IMG/VR virus record: IMGVR_UViG_3300020003_000061
Coordinates: 1-52,812 of that record
From: a virus
Lineage: Duplodnaviria; Caudoviricetes
Length of the DNA: 52,812 nucleotides
Strand: one strand, 5' to 3'
Part shown: piece by piece, positions 7,990 to 17,200 of the stretch
Numbering within the stretch: position 1 is the stretch's first letter
Layout: each line of letters opens with the position of its first letter
Made by a program: the position numbers and the translations under genes
Notes under the pieces: model-generated
The model's database searches: none
Told to the model about the DNA's origin: nothing
Seen by the model: only the letters and a program-made list of their open reading frames with translations

Positions 7990-9299
7990 TCATCCACACT
8001 GATCTGGTCAAGGTCGAGGAGCGAATCCGTGAGGAACTTGGGGAAGAAGAAACCCTTGAACTCATGGCTTCCTTTCTTGCCCTTGGCCAGCTTCAGCCGA
8101 TCCTCGTCAAACCAGGGGACAACGGCAACTACATCCTAGTCGCTGGGGAGCGCCGTCTCGAAGGCGTGAGGCAGCTGGCCAAGAAGAATCAAGCCATCAA
8201 GGGACTCGGTACAAACATGATCTGGGCCGAGCCTCGTGAAAGTCTGCAACCCCATGTCATGCTCCAGATCGAATTTGACGAGAACATGAAGCGGAAGGAT
8301 TTCACGTATGTTGAGAAGGCCCGCTTCATCAGAAAGTTCCACGAACAAATGTGCATCACTGCTAAGTTGGGTGGTGGCGAGTGGACAGGTGAACTCACTG
8401 CTGTCTCCTTGCGGCTCAGTCCTGCTTCGATTTCTCACTACCTCCGAGTTGAAGAAGCAATCAAGAACGATCCAGGAGTAGCCAAGGCTCAGACTCTCAC
8501 CGCTGCTGTCAAGCGGATGAAGACAAACGAGAAGCTGAAGATCAGAATGGAGGCGGTGAAGGAACATGCAACCGCGGCATATCATCTCGCTGAGAGTTGT
8601 GCCCGTCTGGGGGACTCGCTACAGATGGTCAAGGAAGTGCCAGATGGGTCAGTCGATCTGGTTAATTTCGACCCGCCCTGGGGAGACGACACTGGACATA
8701 AGAGTAACGACAATTGGGAGGGTTTTGACGACGATACTCAGACTTCTGACAAGATCATCAACACTCTCCTCCCTGAACTGTTCCGTGTCCTTCGGCCTGA
8801 TAGATTTCTCATATTCTGGTATCGTGCGTGGGCATACCAGGACATGGTCGGTAGACTGGAACACGCTGGATTCAGTCTTAAGTTCGGACGAACTCCCTGC
8901 ATCTGGTATAAGCCTGACAAAGTAAGTGACCAGAATCGTTTCCCGGAGAAGATGCTCATAGATGCGTATGAGACATTCCTCATTGTTCGTAAGGGAGACC
9001 CGGTATATCACCAGCGAAACTGGCAGAATGTTTTCTCCCATAATCGGGTGCCGGTGGCTGCGCTCATTCACCCGACGGAGAAGCCTCTCAGTCTGTGCGA
9101 TGATCTTATCAGACTGTGTTCTGTGCCAGGAGAAATGGTGTTCGATCCAACCGCTGGTTCTTTTTCGATTATCCACTCCGCGATCAAGAACGGTCGCAGA
9201 GGTTTGGGATTTGAACTGTCAAAGACTCACTATGATCGTGGTGTAACTCGTATGGCTGAGTATCTCAAGACAGAGAGGAAGGTGGAAGTTGCTAAGTGA
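7986..9299 (+). CDS. ParB-like domain fused to beta-class N6A/N4C DNA methyltransferase
   Basis: GQLQPILV...LVAGERRL...DEN..RKD (ParB); FDPPW, HPTEKP, VFDPTAGS, GRRGLGFE (MTase). Confidence 0.88.
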   Translation: MIIHTDLVKVEERIREELGEEETLELMASFLALGQLQPILVKPGDNGNYILVAGERRLEGVRQLAKKNQAIKGLGTNMIWAEPRESLQPHVMLQIEFDENMKRKDFTYVEKARFIRKFHEQMCITAKLGGGEWTGELTAVSLRLSPASISHYLRVEEAIKNDPGVAKAQTLTAAVKRMKTNEKLKIRMEAVKEHATAAYHLAESCARLGDSLQMVKEVPDGSVDLVNFDPPWGDDTGHKSNDNWEGFDDDTQTSDKIINTLLPELFRVLRPDRFLIFWYRAWAYQDMVGRLEHAGFSLKFGRTPCIWYKPDKVSDQNRFPEKMLIDAYETFLIVRKGDPVYHQRNWQNVFSHNRVPVAALIHPTEKPLSLCDDLIRLCSVPGEMVFDPTAGSFSIIHSAIKNGRRGLGFELSKTHYDRGVTRMAEYLKTERKVEVAK

Positions 9300-9465
9300 A
9301 CTCGAGAAAGAATTCGTGAAGGAAGGACAGGCGAAGACTGGATCACCAAGCATCATCAAGGAGTGTATCTACTTCGCCCGGCTCCTTAGCAAGACACCGC
9401 AGGAAGTCTTCGAGATTCGTCAAGGCATCAGCGCTGACGTGAACGAGGAGTATCCTTCGCTGTGA
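9289..9465 (+). CDS. Small hypothetical protein (58 aa, not in the ORF track)
   Basis: TTG start after AGGAAGG; fills the gap and overlaps the polymerase start (GTGA). Confidence 0.5.
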   Translation: MLSELEKEFVKEGQAKTGSPSIIKECIYFARLLSKTPQEVFEIRQGISADVNEEYPSL

Positions 9466-11249
9466 ACATAGGCACGGTACGAGTCCCCAACGAGGGTCCG
9501 AAGAATGCTCGAATCTATCTCGTTGGTGAGGGACCAGGTGCAGATGAGGTCGATCTCGGGAGGCCGTTTGTTGGTGTCTCGGGTCTTAAACTTAGAAATT
9601 GCCTTGGACGCAACGGAATTGGCGAGGATACCGCACGATTCTGCAATCTGGTCCAGTACCGTCCGCCTAATAACAAGTTCGAAGCAGTCCTCCGTACTCG
9701 TGAGCTGGCTGCCGGAATCGAAGAGCTTGCTTCTGACATTAGAGAGTTTCGTCCTAATGTCATCGCCGCGCTTGGAAATTGGCCCCTCTATTATCTCACT
9801 GGTCGAAGAGGCAAAAAGGCACCTGGCACAGGTATTGGAAAGTGGAGAGGATCAATTCTCCCTTGCATTCTCCCAGGATGTGAAGGAGTAAAGGTCGTTG
9901 CCTCATATCATCCGGCATTCATTGTCAGACAACCCACTGCGTATCCAATCTTCGATACAGATATTAGAAGAGTCGTACATGATAGCACTTTTCCTGAGCT
10001 ACGTTACCCGAAAAGAAACTTGGTTCTCAACCCTGTGGGTGCTCTACTTGAGGAGTGGACGGAACGTCTTTGTAGCGCTGAATACCTTGCCGTTGACATT
10101 GAAACTGTTAAACGCACAGCACACATCCTCTGTGTCGGATTCAGCCCGGACCCTCTCACATCTGTTGTCATTGCACATTCGAGTTCAGATTTTGCTAGGA
10201 CAGAAGCTATTGACCGAATACTGAGAAGCTCGGTCAAGAAAGTGTTCCATAACGGAGGTACGTTCGACATTCCTATCCTGGAGATAAACGATTTTTATGT
10301 TGAGAATTATTTCTGGGATACAATGGTGGGACAGCATGTTATGTGGGCTGAGTTACCGAAGTCTCTTGATTATTTGGGTAGCGTCCATACTCGGCAGCCT
10401 TACTACAAGACTGCTGGGCGCGCGGAGATCCCGGATGATGCGAAAGGTTGGAGTGAGAAATTCGATAGAAATGCTCTGTATGAATACAATGGGACTGATA
10501 CTGGTGTTACTGCTGAAGTGTATCTGGCCCAGCTAGAGGACTTCCGACAAGGACCACCAGCATGGCAGCGCACGTTCGACTTCGAGATGAGTGAATTCGT
10601 GGTAGCCGCCACGATCAGTCGCACTGGAATGATGGTAGATCTGAAGCGTCGGGAGACTCTCAAGCGTGCACTCCAAGCTAAGTGGGCCATCATCCAGTTT
10701 GTTCTCAACAACCTTGTTAAGCTTAGAGTTAATGTCAACTCGCCGAAGCAGATGCGAGCCCTACTCTACGACAAGGATAAACTGGGACTCCCTCCACGAA
10801 AAGACCACGAAGGCAACCTTACTACAGACGAGGATGCCATCGTATCTCTCATTGCTTTTACCAAGGATAAACTTTCCAAGCTGAAGCCCGGCGGCAATGC
10901 AAACGCTTTCTGGCAACTTCGGATTGATGCACTCAGTTCTATACTTCTCATACGCGGTATACGAAAGCTCCTCTCGTCCTACATCAATATCAGAATATCT
11001 GATGATGGACGTATTAGAGCTACTTATAAGCCTGTCGGTCCCGAGACCGGGCGTTGGGCTTGTGCCGTATACTACGATGGTACAGGGTGTAATGCGCAAA
11101 CATTTCCTCGTGAGGTGTTTGAGCTTAAAAATTACGAGGATGACCCGGTCTTGAGAGAGATGCTGCCATACATTCTCGAGTCGGAAGCTGAAGATGTGGG
11201 TATCGAGATTGATGAAGCTGTGGAAACGGAAGAAGCGGTAGCGATATGA
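9462..11249 (+). CDS. polA: DNA polymerase family A, N-terminal part: family-4 uracil-DNA glycosylase + 3'-5' exonuclease + thumb
   Basis: GEGPG..E...GRPFVG.SG and YHPA (UDG); AVDIET, FHNG.FD, YNGTD (Exo I-III); NVNSPKQ, TDEDA, ETGRW, NAQTFPR. Confidence 0.9.
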   Translation: MNIGTVRVPNEGPKNARIYLVGEGPGADEVDLGRPFVGVSGLKLRNCLGRNGIGEDTARFCNLVQYRPPNNKFEAVLRTRELAAGIEELASDIREFRPNVIAALGNWPLYYLTGRRGKKAPGTGIGKWRGSILPCILPGCEGVKVVASYHPAFIVRQPTAYPIFDTDIRRVVHDSTFPELRYPKRNLVLNPVGALLEEWTERLCSAEYLAVDIETVKRTAHILCVGFSPDPLTSVVIAHSSSDFARTEAIDRILRSSVKKVFHNGGTFDIPILEINDFYVENYFWDTMVGQHVMWAELPKSLDYLGSVHTRQPYYKTAGRAEIPDDAKGWSEKFDRNALYEYNGTDTGVTAEVYLAQLEDFRQGPPAWQRTFDFEMSEFVVAATISRTGMMVDLKRRETLKRALQAKWAIIQFVLNNLVKLRVNVNSPKQMRALLYDKDKLGLPPRKDHEGNLTTDEDAIVSLIAFTKDKLSKLKPGGNANAFWQLRIDALSSILLIRGIRKLLSSYINIRISDDGRIRATYKPVGPETGRWACAVYYDGTGCNAQTFPREVFELKNYEDDPVLREMLPYILESEAEDVGIEIDEAVETEEAVAI

Positions 11250-11518
11250 GCGTATACGTTGACGATATGTATGCGCCCTTCGGCAACATGCTCATGTGTC
11301 ATATGGTTGCTGACACTAAAGAAGAGCTGCTCGCGATGGTAGACAAGATCGGAGTGCAGCGAAAGTGGATTCAGAAAGAGGGAACGACAGGAGAACATTT
11401 TGACATCGCCAAATCCAAGCGTGCGCTTGCAGTGAAAGCTGGCGCAATCGAAATCACTTGGGCAGAGTGTGGGAGAAGAGAACTGGCGTTGCGTAGAGGT
11501 GAGAAATGGGAACGGTAG
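11246..11518 (+). CDS. DUF4031 family protein inserted between the polymerase halves
   Basis: MSVYVDD...MCHMVADT.EEL..M...IGV.RKW.Q....HFD....RALAV..GA. Confidence 0.85.
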   Translation: MSVYVDDMYAPFGNMLMCHMVADTKEELLAMVDKIGVQRKWIQKEGTTGEHFDIAKSKRALAVKAGAIEITWAECGRRELALRRGEKWER

Positions 11519-12405
11519 TCCGCACCCCGTCTCACGAGAAAAAGAATCCGCAGATTCCTATACGGAGCATGATTATATGCCCGGAGGACTGCTATCTCGT
11601 CAACTTCGACTTGGCTCAAGCCGAGAGTTGGTTAGTTGCGTATCTCGCGAACGAATACACGATGAAACACGTACTGGCTACCGGAGACTTTCACCGGGAG
11701 ACAGGACAGAAAGCGTTGTTCAAGGAGTCTGATGAGCACTGGGAGTTAGCGCCGAAGGAAGAAAGGAAGACAAAGCGATATGTCGGAAAGAGATATAATC
11801 ACGCAACGGCATATCGAATGGGTCCTCAGCGAGCTTGCGAAGTTATTAACAAAGACTCTGACAAGCCGCCCTTTGTTACGGTTACTCATGCAGAGTCGAA
11901 AGTCTTTTACAAGTCGTGGCACGACTACTACAATATTCAGGGTTGGTGGAATGAGATTGAGTATCAACTTAACGAGACGAGGACTCTCCGCACACCTTAT
12001 GATCGTATCAGATATTTCTTCGCCCCCTGGGGACCAGAGCTTTTCAGAGAAGCAACCGCCTACGTCCCCCAGTCAACCGTAGCAGATCACATGGACGGTG
12101 CAATCCAAGAGGGTGTGAATGGTCCTGGAGGTGTGATCGAAGTACACAGGCAATTCGTCAAGACTGGGATGATTCGCATTATCAATCAGTCACACGATTC
12201 AATCTTGTGCGAGATTCCCCGCACATCATGCTTGACAATTTGCGAACAAATAGTTAAATTGCTTCTTCGCCCGTTGGTCGTCAACGACGAGGAGTTCACG
12301 ATTCCTGTGGATTGTGAGATTGGTTTCAGGTGGGGAGAACTCCACGAGCAACTTCGCCCGATGGGATCATACGAAATCGAGTACGAACTTCCCGAGGCAG
12401 CGTAA
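11506..12405 (+). CDS. polA: DNA polymerase family A, C-terminal catalytic part
   Basis: Motif A FDLAQAE, DFH, motif B R..GKRYNHATAY.MG, PQSTVAD, motif C QSHDSIL, IPVD...G.RWG. Confidence 0.9.
   Translation: MGTVVRTPSHEKKNPQIPIRSMIICPEDCYLVNFDLAQAESWLVAYLANEYTMKHVLATGDFHRETGQKALFKESDEHWELAPKEERKTKRYVGKRYNHATAYRMGPQRACEVINKDSDKPPFVTVTHAESKVFYKSWHDYYNIQGWWNEIEYQLNETRTLRTPYDRIRYFFAPWGPELFREATAYVPQSTVADHMDGAIQEGVNGPGGVIEVHRQFVKTGMIRIINQSHDSILCEIPRTSCLTICEQIVKLLLRPLVVNDEEFTIPVDCEIGFRWGELHEQLRPMGSYEIEYELPEAA
12232..12260 (+). promoter_or_regulatory. Possible internal sigma70 promoter
   Basis: TTGACA-17 nt-TAAATT within the 3' part of polA. Confidence 0.4.
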
Positions 12406-12587
12406 TGACTATCGAAGAGCGAGAGCACCTTAGACAGTTCATGGGTGAGACGCTGATAGATATGTGGCCTCGTCACAGTGACGAACAGTATGTTCTCATG
12501 TTCAGTAACGGTAAGAAGCTTATACTCGGTATCTATCAGACACCGGGTGGTTATCATCTCCCAACCCTTGAAGTAGAGGATAAGTGA
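12405..12587 (+). CDS. Hypothetical protein
   Basis: TAATG coupling to polA; GAGG RBS. Confidence 0.6.
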   Translation: MTIEEREHLRQFMGETLIDMWPRHSDEQYVLMFSNGKKLILGIYQTPGGYHLPTLEVEDK

Positions 12588-12970
12588 GAGTTTACGTCGC
12601 GGGTCCGATAAGTAAAGGCCCTCTCGAAAGAAACATTAGGCGTGCTTTCGATGCGGCGGCAGTACTGATGGCGAATGGATTTCATCCATACGTCCCACAC
12701 TTTTGCTGCTTCCTAGACATCACGCACCCCCACGAATACGAGAGGTGGATGGAACTTGGCTTTGCATTTATACCAACCTGCGAAGCTGTCTTTAGACTTG
12801 ACGGAGAATCCTCCGGCGCAGACAGAGAGTGCGAGTTCGCAGAAGCATACGGAATCCCAGTCTTCCACAACATCCACGATCTCATCGGCTATCGTGACCA
12901 AAAGTCGCAAGTGCGAGAATTGGCTCCTGACCTTCCGCGAGTGGAGCCTCCCAAGGTCCGAAGCACCTGA
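12584..12970 (+). CDS. DUF4406/nucleoside 2-deoxyribosyltransferase-like protein
   Basis: RVYVAGP...G..PYVPH...W......CEAVFRL.GESSGADRE..FA...GIPVF. Confidence 0.8.
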   Translation: MRVYVAGPISKGPLERNIRRAFDAAAVLMANGFHPYVPHFCCFLDITHPHEYERWMELGFAFIPTCEAVFRLDGESSGADRECEFAEAYGIPVFHNIHDLIGYRDQKSQVRELAPDLPRVEPPKVRST

Positions 12971-14102
12971 GAGTTACCATCTCTGGGCCGGACTGTTTAC
13001 AATGGCGAGCGTCCTGAAAAGAAGGGTGAAAGTTCCGAAGAAGATTCTCGGTGGATGGGAAGTCAGCCCGACGCTCTTTATCATCTTCGTTGCTCCGCCC
13101 GGCAGGGCGCGGAAATCCACAACTGCAAATTACTCTGAGGAATTGCTCTCAGCTATACCTACCACGGAACGGGTAGCTACGAGCATTACCAAGGAACAAC
13201 TGTTGAAGAAGCTTTCAGAGGTTGACGACTCCTCCCTCTCGATCTTCTCATCAGAGTTTGCCATGTTCATCCAGAAGTCAGGGCATGATATGTATGACGT
13301 ACTTACTCATCTATTCGACGCCAATCGTGACGTTTCAGTTGAGACGTTGGGTCGAGGACTCGACTTCGCGGAGAAGCCCTGCGTTAATCTACTGGCCTGC
13401 ACGACGCCCGACTGGATCAGCAATAATATGCCTGAACACGTTATCGGAGGAGGATTTGCGTCTCGTGTTATCTTTGTGTTTGAGGAAGATGTAAGACGCC
13501 ACCAGATGTACTACGATCGTTTGGGGATTGACTGGGACAAGGTACTAGAGATGCGTGAGGATTTGATCCATGATCTCATGCACATGGCGGTCAATGTTCA
13601 AGGAGACTTTGAGATTGATGATGAGGTTCGTGCGTTCATGGATGGTAACGGGGGATGGTATCAGAATGTCAACAACCAGAAAACAGCCGCTGGCGACAAT
13701 TATAGGCTGCAGGGCTACTTCGAGCGCAAGCCTGCACACGTTCACAAGCTCGCAATGCTCTTACATCTCGCTTATGATGACGAGCTGGTGCTTACATTGC
13801 CCGATATTCAAGGGGCGATTGCAATACTGGACGACCTCGAATTGAAGATGCCGAGGACGTTCGCCAACATCGGTAGAAATCCGTATGCTGTTGACATGAA
13901 TCGAATGCTTGATTTCGTGAAGAAGCGAGGCACAGTCTCGAAGCGAGACCTCAAAGCCAACTTCTATCAGTCAGCCGACCCGGTCAAGCTCGAACAGTTG
14001 ATTCAAGGTTTGATTGATATGGGGAAAGTGCGGTTGTTCATTGACGAGGATGATCCACACAATCAAGCGAAGTCGAGGCTGGTGTATAATGGCAAGCCCT
14101 AA
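12894..14102 (+). CDS. DUF3987-like P-loop NTPase (putative replicative helicase) with C-terminal winged helix
   Basis: SEAPESYH.W, VAPPGRARKST, SSEF, NLLACTTPDW, GGGFASRVIFV; likely start GTG12894. Confidence 0.75.
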   Translation: MTKSRKCENWLLTFREWSLPRSEAPESYHLWAGLFTMASVLKRRVKVPKKILGGWEVSPTLFIIFVAPPGRARKSTTANYSEELLSAIPTTERVATSITKEQLLKKLSEVDDSSLSIFSSEFAMFIQKSGHDMYDVLTHLFDANRDVSVETLGRGLDFAEKPCVNLLACTTPDWISNNMPEHVIGGGFASRVIFVFEEDVRRHQMYYDRLGIDWDKVLEMREDLIHDLMHMAVNVQGDFEIDDEVRAFMDGNGGWYQNVNNQKTAAGDNYRLQGYFERKPAHVHKLAMLLHLAYDDELVLTLPDIQGAIAILDDLELKMPRTFANIGRNPYAVDMNRMLDFVKKRGTVSKRDLKANFYQSADPVKLEQLIQGLIDMGKVRLFIDEDDPHNQAKSRLVYNGKP

Positions 14103-14250
14103 TCCACATAGGCTGATCCAATGTCGGCACGGTAAGCATCCCCTACACTGTGACATCTGCGCAGAGGATGCTGAGCGGCCTACTCCGTCACGATCCCTCC
14201 CGGATTCAGGAGTGACTCGTCCTCCTTCGAGCGAACCCCGAAAGCCCTGA
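14089..14250 (+). CDS. Small Cys/His-rich hypothetical protein
   Basis: MASPN..CRHG.H..HCDIC; overlaps the 3' end of the convergent giant gene. Confidence 0.35.
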   Translation: MASPNPHRLIQCRHGKHPLHCDICAEDAERPTPSRSLPDSGVTRPPSSEPRKP

Positions 14251-17200
14251 GCCATGCCGACACCGGATTATCCCCATTCGCTGCCATCTCCGCACCCTCA
14301 TAAATATCGCGGAGTAGGAATCCTCCTGGAACTGTCATTAACGGCAGCTCAGTTAGAGTACGAACTCCCTCTCGTTCAGCAGATGGGAATGCCTGACCGG
14401 AGCTTATCGCAGAACCGATCAATCCAAATACCGGGCCTCCCCGATTCAGAGTCGAGCCGGGCACACCAAGAACGATTGCCTGGGCAGCCAATTGTAATTC
14501 ACGAGTTTGCTCTTCGTCGAAGCTATCTGTGGCTGCCGCTAGATGCTGGCCAGCCGAAAACAACGGCGCAGCCGTAGGAAGCATCCATGAGTTTAGATTC
14601 AAACCAAGACCAGCACTGGCAGCAGCAAGGGCACCCTGAGTCATTCCCCACCGCACTGCTACTCCTGTCTTCTCTTGTCTTGTACCTCTGCTTAACATTC
14701 GGGCGAGCGTGGTTCGAGCCCACACGGGCCAGTTACCGAACTGTCCAAACAGTCGGCCAGTGTTGGTCCCCCAACCAGCAGGATGATTCGCTAGGCCGAA
14801 GGTGCTGACAGTCTCGAAGGAAGTTGCTCTTCCCATAAAGTCTGCTGCATCTTTGAAGCGTCCCTCAGTAACAAGACGGTCAAAATGTGCAGCAACAGGA
14901 GGATCGTAAGAGTTAAGGAATAGACGATCATAAGCCTTTGCCTTAGCCGCATCCCCCGTTCCATACTCTCCCAACGCAAGCTTGTTGAGTTCCGATAGTG
15001 CCCGCGTCGAACTTTCCAGATAGCTCGCTGCGTGCGCCCACTGGTAGACGTTGTGCTGGAGTCCCCACTTGATGCCTGCGTTTGCGGTTGTTTGGATCGC
15101 CTCGCGCCACGGAGCTGAACGTGCAGCGAGAGAGTTTTGCAGTCTTTCCTGAGCGGTAAGAACGGACACTGGCCCCATTGTGGGCGTGACACCTTCTCGT
15201 GAGAGCGCAGCACTGGAAGACTCTCCGATCTGTGACTTCTTGATTATTCCTGCCCGTTCCAACTCCTGTGGATTGACGCGAGCCATCATGGTATAAAGAT
15301 CACCGAGGCGTTGCGCACCGAATCTCGAGTAATAGATCGAGGAGAAGTTGTGGAAGTCACGAATGCCTTGCATCGGACGGAAGCCGATCGTTGCAGAAGA
15401 CGACAACGAGAGCCACGTATTCACGATGTCACGACGCACCGAAACTTCCGACTCCATTCCCATCTTGTCAAGCGTTTTGTTAATGGCTTTTTCCACAAAA
15501 GATGTGGAAGCGTGTGGAATACCCCTTAGCTCATTGATGTAGTTTTCAGTGAGCAGACGCTTGACGTAATCGCCGTGCGCCGGATCAGGCATGCGAGCAG
15601 TCTCTCTATTGATGTACTCGTATGCGTGATTCAGTGCTTCCTTTGTGAAACGGTTGGAGTAACCAGAGTTGATGTAGCGAGCCAACACGTTGATCGGATC
15701 GCGATCATACTCGCTCATCTCGCCGGTACGAAGTAGCTCTGACGTGAACACCGGAGCACCATCACGCCCGGCGATGATCTCGTCGTTCTTGAAGTTGCGA
15801 AGGTGTGCGAAGTATCCACCGAGTCTCTGCTCGTCTGGAATCTCGAATGTGTCAGCGAGGTCATCGAAGTGTGACCTGATCTCATCCTTCGCCATCCGCA
15901 TCTTCACGCCCTGCTCTGTATCAGCTGCCGGGAAGTTCTTGGCGATGTAATCATCCGGACGCACGTGACCATCCATCACCGCTTCCGAGAGACGAACGAC
16001 TCCATACAGCGACAACTCACCAGGCTTGTTATGCTGTAGTATAGCGCCCATGATCCGAGCTGCTTCGATGTGAGCTTCGTCCACGTTCAACGAAGCCTGC
16101 AACCTGTGAAGTGGCTCGGTCTTCTCGCCTTCCGGGAGCTGCCAGAAACGTGGATTGTTCTCCAGTCTCTTGAGTCCACGGAAGTACTGGAACGCCTTCT
16201 GCACATCAATCTGGTTCTCGATGAACCACTTCGCTCCCGCGAGTTCGCGTGGAGTGAACGCGCGATTGAAGAGTCCACCCTCCTTAATCATATCGTCAGG
16301 ATGCATCGTCTCAATAGAAGTCGTGATCTGCTCCAGCTGCTCTGGTGTCAGTCCACGAACGAGTCGAGACGTTTCGGAGAGGCGCACCATATCCTTGTGC
16401 ATAGCTGCATACTTGCGAAGGTGTGCAACCTGCAGAGGCTGGTAAACTTCCGAGAAGAATCCTGTCTTAAGCGTGTTGTCCAGCGAGATCATAACCTGAC
16501 GCATACCAGTCAGATGCGATCCCACCTTCGAGATGTTGAACGCATCACGCAGATCACCGAACCAGCCGTTGCTCAATGGATTCCACGCTGATGTGTGTGG
16601 TCCATTGGGAGGTGGCGGTACTGGAATCAATCCACGCGCCACACCATCGGGTAAGCCAGCTGGTGTCAAGTCAGCGCCACGCAATTCGACTGTCTGCTGG
16701 ATGAATCGAAGGGCCTCCTCTGGACTGTGAGCAAGTTCCAGGTAGGAGTTCGTATCGCTATCACGAATGATCAGCGCACCATTCTGTCGCTCGATATACA
16801 TACCGTTCGACGTGGCGGCATCCACCAGGTTTGATGCAGACGACTCGCGATAGCTCGACGCTTCCTTGACGAGACGATTGTACGTTACTCTCTCCTGTGG
16901 AGACAACGCCTCGTCTCGGAGACGCTTACCATACTCATCACTCAGGAAGCGTACGAATGCAGGAACGACCTTCGAGTTGAGACGACGAAAGTCAGCATAT
17001 CCAGTAGCAATCTCGCCGAACGGCTTGTTCGGTATCTGGTCACTGCCGGTTACCTTCTTGATGTACGCTTCGAAGTCGCTGACGATTGCCTTGCGTACTT
17101 CCGGTGCGTCAAGGATGAAGCTGTTCACCGCCATGTCAGGACCATGACGGAGTTGATTCCACGGAACCTCAACAGCGTTCCCGCTCGCGTCAGCGATTCT

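Noticed and set aside
11100-11560. Group I intron or split intein in polA
   Set aside because: The interval is fully coding with overlapping start and stop codons; no intron core and no Cys/Ser...His-Asn intein ends seen.
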